This document shows positions 50,797 to 60,262 of a DNA stretch of 64,000 nucleotides, piece after piece. Under the pieces are notes generated by a model that saw only the letters and a program-made list of their open reading frames with translations, was not told the origin of the DNA and searched no databases. Source of the DNA: Deferribacterales bacterium (GTDB lineage: Bacteria > Chrysiogenota > Deferribacteres > Deferribacterales > Geovibrionaceae); the NCBI GenBank assembly GCA_050251875.1, contig JBFWMA010000002.1, positions 278,596 through 342,595 of the forward strand, written 5' to 3'. Position numbers and translations under genes: made by a program. Each line of letters begins with the position of its first letter. Position 1 is the first letter of the stretch.

Positions 50797-50822
50797 AAAA
50801 GCCCTGCTGAAACAGGGCTTTT
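50797..50822 (-). terminator. Terminator after the SWIM gene
   Basis: AAAAGCCCTG-loop-CAGGGCTTTT hairpin. Confidence 0.65.
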
Positions 50823-50826
50823 ATAT

Positions 50827-51363
50827 TTACGCATATTTTTCAAGAAGATACAAGCACGACATTTTCAGAGGATCGGTCAGGGCATGGTGTTTTCCCGTGG
50901 TGTCCTCTTTTACCATAACAGATATCTGCTGCATGGTGACCCCTGTCAGCTCCGCCAGAGCGGAAATGCTGATGTCGATATTCTTCAGATCATCCAGAAG
51001 GTCTTTGAGAGGAGTGACTTTGATATAATATTTCATGTCCTCCATAGACTTCATGGATTTGCGGTCTACTTTTCTGTTGCTGGCAAATACCCATGGGGTA
51101 TAGATATATGTCAGACCGAGGGCGGCGCAGTGTTTGCAGAAATGATCTTTTGAATTTTCGCATCCGCACCCGTAAAGAATGGGGTCTTTGTCGAACTCTA
51201 ACTTAACATGGTAATCGCCGTGGTTTCCTCTTATGGTACCTTTCAGCACCGAACCGTCTACTGAGCAGTTCTGAAACTTACCTACATAGTTCTCAGCTCT
51301 TTGCAGACAAATGCTGGAGCTGATGTTCTTGAGCTGTTCTTCTGTCAGTTTTAATAGCTGCAT
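50827..51363 (-). CDS. SWIM zinc-finger protein
   Basis: G.I.G..G.Y.V...CGC...FCKH.AAL; GGAGG RBS. Confidence 0.75.
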   Translation of the reverse strand: MQLLKLTEEQLKNISSSICLQRAENYVGKFQNCSVDGSVLKGTIRGNHGDYHVKLEFDKDPILYGCGCENSKDHFCKHCAALGLTYIYTPWVFASNRKVDRKSMKSMEDMKYYIKVTPLKDLLDDLKNIDISISALAELTGVTMQQISVMVKEDTTGKHHALTDPLKMSCLYLLEKYA

Positions 51364-51440
51364 CGGCGAGCCTCCTGTTATGTTGTATATAACAATTAAA
51401 CCGCACATCTTCATATAAATCAAATAAAAAACAGAAACAA

Positions 51441-53714
51441 TTATGCTATCTCAATATACTCGAACTGCTTCTTCCACTTCTTCGCCATCACCTGTTTTAT
51501 GACGGTGTTTTTCGGAGCGTCCAGAGCCGGATCGTCCGCCAGAATCTCCTGAGCGTCCTCCCGGGCTGTCTGGAGTATTTTTACATCACGCACAATGTTT
51601 GAAAAGCGGAACTCCGGCAGACCGGACTGTCTCGTTCCGAAGAAATCGCCGGGACCTCTCATCTCCAGATCGATTTCGCTGAGACGGAAGCCGTCGGCGT
51701 ATTTGCACATGGCGTTTATGCGTTCCCTGGCGTCTTCCGACACCTCTTTTCCCGTCACCAGCATGCAGTAGGACTGTCTGTGGCTTCTGCCCACCCTGCC
51801 CCTCAGCTGGTGAAGCTGTGACAGACCGAACCGTTCGGAGTTTTCTATCACCATCACGGTTGCGTGTGGCACGTCCACGCCCACCTCCACAACAGTGGTG
51901 GAAACCAGAATCTTTATGTCGCCGGACTTGAATCTGTCCATCAGATCCTGCTTCTGCTCGTGTTTCATGCGCCCGTGGAGAAGCCCCACATGTTCCGCCC
52001 CGAAAATATCGCATAGATGCTCGTATTCGTCCGTGGCAGCCTTCAGGTCGAGTTTTTCGCTGACGTCTATCAGGGGATATATCACATAGGCTCCGTGCCC
52101 CTTTTCTATCTCCTGCGCCATTAGTTTATGTGCTTCTTCTATCTTATTGGTATATTTTGTTATTATAGGCGTGCGTCCCGGAGGCATCTCGTCTATGACG
52201 CTGATATCCAGATCGCCGTAAAAAGACAGAGCCAGAGTTCTGGGTATGGGAGTGGCTGTCATCAGCAGGATATCGGGAGTATATCCCTTGTCTATCAGCG
52301 ATTTTCTCTGTTCCACGCCGAACCTGTGCTGTTCGTCTATGATGGCGAGCCCCAGCTTCATAAAATCGGCGTCCTGCTGAATCACAGCGTGGGTGCCCAC
52401 CACAAAATCGATATGCCCCGCCGCTATCATCTCTTTGGTGCGTTTTTTCTCAGACGGAGTCATGGAACCGGTGAGCAGAGCGGATGTGACATCTGTTCCC
52501 TGTATCAGCTTCACCAGATTAACCATATGCTGGCGTGCCAGAACCTCTGTGGGAGCTATTACAGCGACCTGATAGCCGTTCTTCACAGCCACCAGTCCGG
52601 CGGTGAACGCAACGATGGTTTTACCGCTTCCCACGTCCCCCTGAACCAGCCTGTTCATCTGACCGTTGGATGACATGTCGTTAAATATTTCCGCCATAAC
52701 CTTTTTCTGGGCGGAAGTAAATTTGAACGGCAGCAGGTCTTTTATAAAATCCAGATATTCTTTCTTTATGTCAAAACTGATCCCCATCTGGCGGGAATAA
52801 CTCTTTTTCTTGAACAGAAGCCCCATCTGGAGGTAGAAAAGCTCCTCATAGATGAATCTGAGACATGCCGGATGGCGTCTTTCGGACAGGTTAGTCAGCT
52901 CGAAAGGCGTCTGGGGCTTGTGAATAGTCAGAAGTGAGTCACGGGCGGACGGATAACCGTATTTCATCTCCAGCCTGGCAGGAAGATAGTCCGGCACCAG
53001 ATGGATGTATTTCTCCAGCGCCTCTTTGACAGCGGTGTAATACAGCTTCTGCCCAGCCTGTTTCGGCAGTGAATAGACCGGGATAATCTCTCCCATGTCG
53101 CTCTCTTTCATGAACTGCGGATGGACTATTGATTCCATCCCGCTGAAACTGCCGGACTGTCCGTACAGTGTATATTTTTCGCCCTCTCTCAGCACTCCGG
53201 AGGGAAATTTAGGACTGAAATGAAACCACACGGCTGCGAACTGCCCGAAATCCGCCTTAAACACCGCTCTGTAGAATCTTTTCCTGTTTTTGGTGACTAC
53301 CACTGACCCGGACTGAAAAATGCCTGTGAGGGCTTTTTTACCGCTCTGGGACTCGCCTATGTACTCATACCTGTACGGCAGGTGATAGAGCATATCCTCA
53401 ACGGTTGTTATGCTCTGTTTTGCCAGAGCCTCGGCGGCTTTTTTGCCTATCCCTTTCAGGCTTCTGATGTCTATTGTTTTGAATTCTTCGGTGGTGGATG
53501 CCTGCTGGGCTATCATGGTGAGCTGTGCCAGAACGGCGTCCAGCTTTTTCGTGTCGTAAGCATCCGGAAAAACAAAAACCGCCGATATTTCAGGTCGGCG
53601 GTTGATTATGTCTTTTATACTTTCGATATACTTCTGAGGATTTTTATAAAAGTCCGCTCTGTTATCTTTGATATGGGCGAGCAGCCTTAGAATCGGTCCT
53701 CTGATCTCAGCCAT
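51441..53714 (-). CDS. recG: ATP-dependent DNA helicase RecG
   Basis: QGDVGSGKT, DEQHRFGV.QR, MTATPIPRTL, GLSQLHQLRGRVGR, RGPGDFFGTRQSG. Confidence 0.96.
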   Translation of the reverse strand: MAEIRGPILRLLAHIKDNRADFYKNPQKYIESIKDIINRRPEISAVFVFPDAYDTKKLDAVLAQLTMIAQQASTTEEFKTIDIRSLKGIGKKAAEALAKQSITTVEDMLYHLPYRYEYIGESQSGKKALTGIFQSGSVVVTKNRKRFYRAVFKADFGQFAAVWFHFSPKFPSGVLREGEKYTLYGQSGSFSGMESIVHPQFMKESDMGEIIPVYSLPKQAGQKLYYTAVKEALEKYIHLVPDYLPARLEMKYGYPSARDSLLTIHKPQTPFELTNLSERRHPACLRFIYEELFYLQMGLLFKKKSYSRQMGISFDIKKEYLDFIKDLLPFKFTSAQKKVMAEIFNDMSSNGQMNRLVQGDVGSGKTIVAFTAGLVAVKNGYQVAVIAPTEVLARQHMVNLVKLIQGTDVTSALLTGSMTPSEKKRTKEMIAAGHIDFVVGTHAVIQQDADFMKLGLAIIDEQHRFGVEQRKSLIDKGYTPDILLMTATPIPRTLALSFYGDLDISVIDEMPPGRTPIITKYTNKIEEAHKLMAQEIEKGHGAYVIYPLIDVSEKLDLKAATDEYEHLCDIFGAEHVGLLHGRMKHEQKQDLMDRFKSGDIKILVSTTVVEVGVDVPHATVMVIENSERFGLSQLHQLRGRVGRSHRQSYCMLVTGKEVSEDARERINAMCKYADGFRLSEIDLEMRGPGDFFGTRQSGLPEFRFSNIVRDVKILQTAREDAQEILADDPALDAPKNTVIKQVMAKKWKKQFEYIEIA

Positions 53715-54166
53715 TAAAACATGTTAAGGGCGCTTGCTTCGCCGGTTGAGAAAATTTTATGCACATCAAGGATTATCACCATTTCCTGAGCGGTTTTGGC
53801 GACACCTTTTATGTATTTGTTGTCGGCGCCTGTGGATGTTCCGGGGGCTTTGTCCACCATACTGCTGTCCACACGGAGAACATCCTCAACATTGTCAACG
53901 ATGAAGCCGATTTTTCTGCCTTCAAGGTTAACAACGATGATGCGTGTGGAGTTGGTGAACTCTGTAGCCTCTATTCCCAGCTTTTTACGAAGATCGACTA
54001 TAGGAATAACTCTGCCTCTCAGGTTGATGATACCTTCGACAAAGGAAGGAGCCTTAGGCACGGTGGTGATGTCCACCATTCTAAGTATCTCTTCGATATC
54101 CATGATATCAATGCCGTATTTGTCGGCACCGAGAAGCAGTCGGACATATTGTTTGTACTCTGACAT
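53714..54166 (-). CDS. cheW: Chemotaxis protein CheW
   Basis: YGIDI..I.EI, VPKAP.FVEGIINLRGRVIPIVDLR, GFIVD.V. Confidence 0.92.
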   Translation of the reverse strand: MSEYKQYVRLLLGADKYGIDIMDIEEILRMVDITTVPKAPSFVEGIINLRGRVIPIVDLRKKLGIEATEFTNSTRIIVVNLEGRKIGFIVDNVEDVLRVDSSMVDKAPGTSTGADNKYIKGVAKTAQEMVIILDVHKIFSTGEASALNMF

Positions 54167-54245
54167 AATAAACCTCTGGGAGTTTTGCTAAATAATAGCA
54201 GGCATTTCAAATTTTTGCAAATATAACCAAACGGTTATGTTCTGA

Positions 54246-54614
54246 TTAAACTAAAGCGCCTGTTTTGTAAACTATTTTATTATTAGCGTCAACCTGAACG
54301 ACAGTAGGTTTAAAGTTTTCCAGCTCGGCTTCGTCATACATTCCGAATGTGGCGATGATGACAAGGTCGCCCACGGCAACCATTCTGGCGGCGGCTCCGT
54401 TAAGACAGATCTCTCCGCTTCCTCTTTTGCCTTCGATGGCGTATGTCTGGAGTCTGTTTCCGTTTGTGATGTTCCATACGTCCACTTTTTCATATTCTCT
54501 GATGCCTGACGCTTCCATCAGGTCAAGGTCGATGCCTATGCTTCCTTCATAATGCAGATCGGCGTCTGTTACTGTGGCCCTGTGAATCTTTGATTTGAAC
54601 ATTTCTCTCATCAT
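54246..54614 (-). CDS. panD: Aspartate 1-decarboxylase
   Basis: [17 protein letters not shown] (Gly-Ser self-cleavage site), NG.R..TY, LNGAAAR. Confidence 0.95.
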   Translation of the reverse strand: MMREMFKSKIHRATVTDADLHYEGSIGIDLDLMEASGIREYEKVDVWNITNGNRLQTYAIEGKRGSGEICLNGAAARMVAVGDLVIIATFGMYDEAELENFKPTVVQVDANNKIVYKTGALV

Positions 54615-55465
54615 TTGATCACTCCTGAAAAGTATTTATTATCTATCAGTCTTGCTTTTCCTACATAAACAGCCAGCGCTGTAACGAAATCTCCCTCTAT
54701 CCGTGTCAGATAACGCAGATCGGAAGGGTCTACAATCTCCACATAGTCCACTTTTGTGTGCGGATGGCTGTGGATGAAATCAGTTACCGCCTGCTGAATC
54801 TTTTTAACGTCTTTTTCGCCCGCTTTCACCATATCGCTGATGATACCGAAACTCTTTGACAGAGCGAGAGCGGATGTTCTCTCGTCCCCTTTCAGATAGA
54901 TGTTTCTGGAGCTTTTCGCAAGCCCGTCAGCCTCTCTGATTATGGGCATGCCGATAACTTCCACGTCCATGTTCAGGTCTTTTACCATTCTTTTGATAAC
55001 CTGAAGCTGCTGATAGTCTTTTTCGCCGAAATAGGCTCTGTCGGGAGAGACTATATTGAACAGCTTGGTAACAACAGTGGCGACACCGGCGAAATGCACG
55101 GGTCTTGTTATCCCGCAGAGAACCTCTGTAATGCCTGTCAGGCTTACCTTTGTGCATGCGCCATCGGGATACATCTCTTCCGGCGATGGGAAAAAGATTA
55201 TATCCGCTCCGGCTGACTCAACCATTTTGCTGTCACGCTCAAAATCTCTGGGATATGCCGCCAGATCTTCTGTGGGACCGAACTGAGTCGGGTTCACGAA
55301 GATGCTGACAACCGTTATATCGTTTTCGCTCACGGATTTGCTGACCAGGCTGATGTGTCCCTCGTGGAGATACCCCATGGTGGGAACAAGCCCGACAGAC
55401 TTGCCGGAGCGTTTTAATTCTTTGATTTCTTTTTTAATATCAGATACTTTAGATATTACTTTCAT
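54611..55465 (-). CDS. panC: Pantoate-beta-alanine ligase
   Basis: [41 protein letters not shown]. Confidence 0.96.
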   Translation of the reverse strand: MKVISKVSDIKKEIKELKRSGKSVGLVPTMGYLHEGHISLVSKSVSENDITVVSIFVNPTQFGPTEDLAAYPRDFERDSKMVESAGADIIFFPSPEEMYPDGACTKVSLTGITEVLCGITRPVHFAGVATVVTKLFNIVSPDRAYFGEKDYQQLQVIKRMVKDLNMDVEVIGMPIIREADGLAKSSRNIYLKGDERTSALALSKSFGIISDMVKAGEKDVKKIQQAVTDFIHSHPHTKVDYVEIVDPSDLRYLTRIEGDFVTALAVYVGKARLIDNKYFSGVIK

Positions 55466-55473
55466 CTGTCACC

Positions 55474-56283
55474 CTAATATGTGTGTTCATCTGACGGAAA
55501 GGCGGAGCTTTTCACATCTTTGATATAGTTAGCGCATGCTTTGCTGATTACTTTTTTCACGTCTGCGTAACGTTTTATAAATTTCGGAACGAAGTCGTCG
55601 AAGAGCCCGAAAACATCGTGAAAGACCAGAACCTGTCCATCGCATCCGTTTCCGGCGCCTATGCCTATGGTGGGGATTTTCAGCTGTGATGAAACATATG
55701 AAGCAGCATCGCCCACGACTCCCTCCACAACGATGGAGAAAGCGCCTGCCTCCTGAAGAGCCAGAGCATCAGCCAGAATGGCATCGTGTCCTTCCCTGCC
55801 CTGAATTTTGAATCCGCCCATTGTGCTGACTTTCTGAGGCATCAGCCCGATGTGACCCATAACGTTTATTCCTGCCCCGGTAAGAGCGCTCACGAGGGAG
55901 GCTTTTTCTGCCCCGCCCTCAATCTTCACGGCATCGAATCCTGTCTCTTTGATAACTCTGACGCAGTTTGCAAGCCCCTGCTCGTCTGAAACGTGATATG
56001 TGCCGAAAGGCATGTCCGCCACGAGAAAAGCTCTCTTAGCGCCTCTTTTAACAGATTTGCAGTGATATATTATTTCGTCCAGAGTGACGGGAAGTGTGTT
56101 TTCATAGCCGTTTACAACAACGCCGAGGGAATCGCCCACGAGGATGAGCTCTATTCCGGCTTTGTCCAGAATGACGGCGGAAGTATAGTCGTATGCGGTG
56201 AGAGTGGCGATTTTTTCGCCGGCGTCTTTCATTTTTTGGAAGGTATTGACGTTAATTCTTTTGATATCAGTGTGTTTGCTCAT
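55474..56283 (-). CDS. panB: 3-methyl-2-oxobutanoate hydroxymethyltransferase
   Basis: LTAYD, LVGDSLG, DMPF, VKIEGG, GHIGL.PQ, IGIGAG..CDGQVLV. Confidence 0.96.
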   Translation of the reverse strand: MSKHTDIKRINVNTFQKMKDAGEKIATLTAYDYTSAVILDKAGIELILVGDSLGVVVNGYENTLPVTLDEIIYHCKSVKRGAKRAFLVADMPFGTYHVSDEQGLANCVRVIKETGFDAVKIEGGAEKASLVSALTGAGINVMGHIGLMPQKVSTMGGFKIQGREGHDAILADALALQEAGAFSIVVEGVVGDAASYVSSQLKIPTIGIGAGNGCDGQVLVFHDVFGLFDDFVPKFIKRYADVKKVISKACANYIKDVKSSAFPSDEHTY

Positions 56284-56344
56284 TCACCCCTCCGTATTTC
56301 TACGGACACAAGGCATGAGCAATTCATATTGATCATATTAGGTT

Positions 56345-56375
56345 TGCCGGTGTCTCGGTCCGTAGGGATCCAAGC
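56345..56375 (-). ncRNA. pan RNA motif (cis-regulatory) in the panB 5' UTR
   Basis: GCUUGGAUCCCUACGGACCGAGAC hairpin with bulged A, resembling the pan motif as I recall it. It sits at the predicted transcript start upstream of panBCD. Confidence 0.7.
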
Positions 56376-56381
56376 AAGCAA

Positions 56382-56410
56382 ATAATAGGTTATTCAACCT
56401 GTATCGTCAA
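56382..56410 (-). promoter_or_regulatory. Sigma-70 promoter of panBCD
   Basis: TTGACG (56410-56405), 17 bp spacer, TATTAT (56387-56382). Confidence 0.7.
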
Positions 56411-56420
56411 GATAAAATCA

Positions 56421-56957
56421 TTAAAAACTGGGAGGCGTGCCAATCCACAGAGCGGCGGCGGGCTTATCAGTCCTGTTTCTGATCTTATGAGGGATGTTGG
56501 AGCTGAAATAGATGCAGTGACCTGTGGGGATGTGATATTCATCGCTGCCGATCACAACGCAGATTTCGCCCTCTATGACAAAACCGAACTCTTCGCCGAT
56601 ATGCTGATAGTATTCTGAACCTGTTTCACCATAAGGATCAAGCTCGATAAGGAGCGGCTCCAGCTTGCGGTTGACAAGTTTTGAGGCGAGGAAAGACATG
56701 GTGATGCTTTTGTTTTTAAAAACTTTGTATTCAGAGGGCTCAAAGACGTTGACGATGTTTCTTTCGTCTTCGAAAAGCTCGCTGATGGTAGTGCCAAGCG
56801 CAAAACAGATTTTTTTCAGAGAAGCGATAGAAGGAGAGTTTTTACCGTTTTCTATCTGGCTGATAAAACTTTTGGTAAAACCTGTTTTCTGAGAAATATC
56901 CTCAAGAGTCATGCTAAGTTTCTTTCTTATATCTCTTAATTTTGCACCGTAAGGCAT
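56421..56957 (-). CDS. XRE-family HTH regulator with cupin domain (PuuR-like)
   Basis: G.KLR..RK...TL.DIS.KTG.TKSFISQIENG..SPSI.SL; cupin H.GEEF..V..G. Confidence 0.88.
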   Translation of the reverse strand: MPYGAKLRDIRKKLSMTLEDISQKTGFTKSFISQIENGKNSPSIASLKKICFALGTTISELFEDERNIVNVFEPSEYKVFKNKSITMSFLASKLVNRKLEPLLIELDPYGETGSEYYQHIGEEFGFVIEGEICVVIGSDEYHIPTGHCIYFSSNIPHKIRNRTDKPAAALWIGTPPSF

Positions 56958-56985
56958 AACAGCACCCCATTTATTAATTAACGGA

Positions 56986-57015
56986 ATTATATATTAATTA
57001 ATTATTACATGTCAA
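56986..57015 (-). promoter_or_regulatory. Consensus sigma-70 promoter of the XRE-cupin gene
   Basis: TTGACA (57015-57010), 18 bp spacer, TATAAT (56991-56986). Confidence 0.72.
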
Positions 57016-57119
57016 CCCTTTTGTTAATTTTTTTCTGATGCGTTAGAGCTTAATTATCAGATATTTGTATTATAGCATCCAACTATTATTAATAATCGCT
57101 CAAATATTATTTTTAACAG

Positions 57120-57148
57120 TTGACTGCGGTTCATCCGGATACTATGCT
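57120..57148 (+). promoter_or_regulatory. Putative promoter of the gamma-CA gene
   Basis: TTGACT, 17 bp spacer, TATGCT. Confidence 0.55.
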
Positions 57149-57183
57149 GTTTTGTAATAAAATCCGGTAATAAAGGAGCGTTT

Positions 57184-57714
57184 ATGGACTCTGTTTTACG
57201 CAGACTAAATACTCTGCCGAAGGTAGGCGAAGGCGTTTATATCGCTAAGAGCGCTGATCTTATCGGCGAGGTGGAGCTGGCGGAAGATTCGAGCATATGG
57301 TTTAATGTTGTTTTAAGAGGCGATGTTGAAAAAATATCCGTGGGCAAGGGATCAAACGTTCAGGACGGTACTGTGATCCACACCACTCTGGATAAATATC
57401 CCACCGTGATAGGCGATTACGTTACCATCGGGCATAATGCCATGCTGCACGGGTGCAAAATTAACGATAATGTGCTGATCGGCATCGGCGCTATAGTTCT
57501 GGATAACTCCGAGATAGGAGAAAACTCCATAGTAGCAGCCGGTTCTCTTGTTCCCCCCGGCAAAAAGTTTCCGCCCCGCTCTCTTATCATGGGCAGCCCT
57601 GCGAAAGTGGTTAAAGAGCTGAACGAAGACGACATAGCAGGCATCAGAAACTACGCTGACAGGTACATTGCGTATAAAAACATGTATCTTGAGCAGGGAT
57701 ATAAAACTATCTAA
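57184..57714 (+). CDS. Gamma carbonic anhydrase family protein (YrdA-like)
   Basis: SIWFN.VLRGD, NVQDG.VIH, GH.AMLHGC hexapeptide repeats, GSPAK. Confidence 0.9.
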   Translation: MDSVLRRLNTLPKVGEGVYIAKSADLIGEVELAEDSSIWFNVVLRGDVEKISVGKGSNVQDGTVIHTTLDKYPTVIGDYVTIGHNAMLHGCKINDNVLIGIGAIVLDNSEIGENSIVAAGSLVPPGKKFPPRSLIMGSPAKVVKELNEDDIAGIRNYADRYIAYKNMYLEQGYKTI

Positions 57715-57780
57715 GTATATGGATATCTGTATTTAATTGCAGATTACATAGAAAACTGTGCGGCTTTAACTGAGAAGATA

Positions 57781-57811
57781 AAAAAAGGCGGTCATTGCGA
57801 CCGCCTTTATT
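57781..57811. terminator. Terminator for pnp (bidirectional)
   Basis: AAAAAAGGCGGTC-loop-GACCGCCTTT hairpin. Confidence 0.8.
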
Positions 57812-57812
57812 A

Positions 57813-59945
57813 TTATTCGGATTCTGTCTCGGCTTCTTTTTCCAGAAGAACTTTTCTGGAAAGTTTGTATCTTCCGTTGGGTTCTTTGCCAAGTACTTTG
57901 ACCTGAACAACATCGCCCACGCTGAGGAAGTCGCCGATGCTTTTGATACGTTCGTTGCTGTACTGAGAAACGTGAAGCAGTGCCTCAATTCCGGGGATCA
58001 GCTCAACAAACGCGCCGTATTCCATTATTTTTTTGACGATAGCATCGTATACCATTCCCTCTTCCACTTCAGCTACGATCTCGTTTACACGTCTCTGAGC
58101 GATGGTTATGGCGTCTTTGCTTACGGCGAAGATGTTGATCTTGCCCGTGTCGTCTATGTCGATAGAAGCGCCTGATTCCTCAATGATAGATTTGATCATC
58201 TTTCCGCCAGGTCCGATAACCATACCGATCTTCTCGGGGTTAATCTTCATGGTGAGGTATCTGGGAGCTGTGGGAGCCAGATCTTCTTTAGGCTCGGGAA
58301 GAACGTCTGTCATTTTGCCCAGGATGTGCAGTCTGGCTTCGTTAGCCTGTGACAGAGCTGTTTCCAGAAGCTCTTTGGAGAGACCTTCGATCTTGATGTC
58401 CATCTGAAGGGCTGTGATACCGTCTTTGGTACCAGCCACTTTGAAGTCCATATCGCCGAGGTGGTCTTCTGTTCCCATGATGTCGCTGAGTACAGCGAAT
58501 CTGTCAGCGCCTTCATATATCAGACCCATAGCTACACCGGCAACGGGAGCTTTCACGGGGACGCCTGCGTCCATAAGGCTGAGACAGCCGCCGCATACTG
58601 TAGCCATAGATGATGAGCCGTTGGACTCAAGAATCTCTGACACGATACGCATGGTGTAGGGGAAGTCGTCCTCGTGGGGCAGAACATATGACAGAGCTCT
58701 TTCGGCAAGTGCTCCGTGACCTATCTCACGTCTGCCGGGACCACGCATGAAGCCTGTCTCGCCAACGCAGAAAGGAGGGAAGTTATAGTGCAGCATAAAG
58801 CGTTTTCTGCCTTCGCCGTCTATGTTGTCCATGATCTGTGTGTCCATCTTGGTTCCCAGTGTGGCGGAAACCAGAGCCTGTGTTTCGCCTCTGGTGAACA
58901 GAGAAGAACCGTGACCCATGGGCAGAACAGATGTTTCTATGTCGATAGGACGAACTTGGTTATACGCACGTCCGTCTATCCTTGTTTTGCTGTCGATGGT
59001 GAAGTCTCTGAAAGCCTTCTTCTCAACTTCGTGATAGATGTTTTTGTAAAGAGATTCTTTAGCGGCGAATTCTTCCTCGCCGAGTTTCTCTTTCATCATC
59101 TCGAGGAATTCGTCACCGAGAGCGTCTATAGCAGCGTATTTTTCCAGCTTCTGAGGGATAAGCAGAGCGTTTTTAATCTTCTCGCCTATCATCTGCATAG
59201 CTTCGTCTATCATCTCAGCGGGAACAGAGAAATCTTCGTAAGCGAATTTTTCTTTTCCAATGGCTTTAACCATCTCTTTCTGATGAGCGACAAGCATCTG
59301 GATGTGTTTATGACCGAACTGGAGCGCCTCAACGACCTCAGCCTCTGAAACGTTGTTCATTCCGGCCTCAACCATAACGATAGCGTCATCTGTTCCAGCC
59401 AGAGTGATGCTGATGTCCAGCTCATCATAGCGGTTGGTGGGGGGATCGATCAGGAGCTGACCGTCCAGTCTGCCCACTTTAACGCCCGCGATGGGTCCGT
59501 TAAAAGGAACATCAGATATCATCAGAGCCGCACTGGCGGCGTTCATGGCGAGCATGTCAGGTGAGTTGATACCGTCATAAGATACGACAGTAGCGATTAT
59601 CTGAGTCTCGTTTCTGAACCCGTCAGGAAACATGGGGCGCAGAGGTCTGTCTATCAGACGGGAGATCAGGGTCTCTTTGTCGGAGGGTTTAGCCTCTCTT
59701 TTGAAGAAACCGCCGGGGATCTTGCCCACTGAGTAGAATTTTTCAAAATAGTTGACTGTCAGAGGGAAAAATCCCTGATTGGCAGCCGCTTTTTTCTGAC
59801 CTACAGCGGTAACGAGCACAACTGTACCGCCCTGTTTTATCCAGATACTGCCGTTAGCCTGTTTCGCTTTCCAGCCTGTTTCGAAAATTATTTCGTCTGC
59901 GTCTTCTCTGAGACGGATAGGGAAATTTTGGATATTTTTTTCCAT
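57813..59945 (-). CDS. pnp: Polyribonucleotide nucleotidyltransferase
   Basis: FFPLTV, RLIDRPLRP, RGETQ, SNGSSSMATVC, GDMDFKVAGT, KH and S1 domains. Confidence 0.97.
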   Translation of the reverse strand: MEKNIQNFPIRLREDADEIIFETGWKAKQANGSIWIKQGGTVVLVTAVGQKKAAANQGFFPLTVNYFEKFYSVGKIPGGFFKREAKPSDKETLISRLIDRPLRPMFPDGFRNETQIIATVVSYDGINSPDMLAMNAASAALMISDVPFNGPIAGVKVGRLDGQLLIDPPTNRYDELDISITLAGTDDAIVMVEAGMNNVSEAEVVEALQFGHKHIQMLVAHQKEMVKAIGKEKFAYEDFSVPAEMIDEAMQMIGEKIKNALLIPQKLEKYAAIDALGDEFLEMMKEKLGEEEFAAKESLYKNIYHEVEKKAFRDFTIDSKTRIDGRAYNQVRPIDIETSVLPMGHGSSLFTRGETQALVSATLGTKMDTQIMDNIDGEGRKRFMLHYNFPPFCVGETGFMRGPGRREIGHGALAERALSYVLPHEDDFPYTMRIVSEILESNGSSSMATVCGGCLSLMDAGVPVKAPVAGVAMGLIYEGADRFAVLSDIMGTEDHLGDMDFKVAGTKDGITALQMDIKIEGLSKELLETALSQANEARLHILGKMTDVLPEPKEDLAPTAPRYLTMKINPEKIGMVIGPGGKMIKSIIEESGASIDIDDTGKINIFAVSKDAITIAQRRVNEIVAEVEEGMVYDAIVKKIMEYGAFVELIPGIEALLHVSQYSNERIKSIGDFLSVGDVVQVKVLGKEPNGRYKLSRKVLLEKEAETESE

Positions 59946-59956
59946 TTATAAACCTG

Positions 59957-60226
59957 TTACTTCCTGATTCCAAGTGCTTCGATGATTTTGCGGTATCTCA
60001 TGTAATCTTTCTTCTTAACATAATCAAGAAGTTTTCTACGTTTTCCAACCATCAGCAGAAGACCTCTTCTGGAGTGGTGATCTTTAGGGTTAGATTTGAA
60101 GTGCTCTGTCAGATAAGTGATTCTTTCTGTCAGCAGAGCTATCTGTACTTCGGGAGATCCTGTGTCTAAATCGTGGGTTTTGTTCCCGGCGATTACTTCT
60201 TCCTTGCGTTCTTTGGTCATTACCAT
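59957..60226 (-). CDS. rpsO: 30S ribosomal protein S15
   Basis: [19 protein letters not shown]...[19 protein letters not shown]. Confidence 0.97.
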   Translation of the reverse strand: MVMTKERKEEVIAGNKTHDLDTGSPEVQIALLTERITYLTEHFKSNPKDHHSRRGLLLMVGKRRKLLDYVKKKDYMRYRKIIEALGIRK

Positions 60227-60262
60227 TGTAAGTTACCTCCAATATACAACTTTTTAATATTG

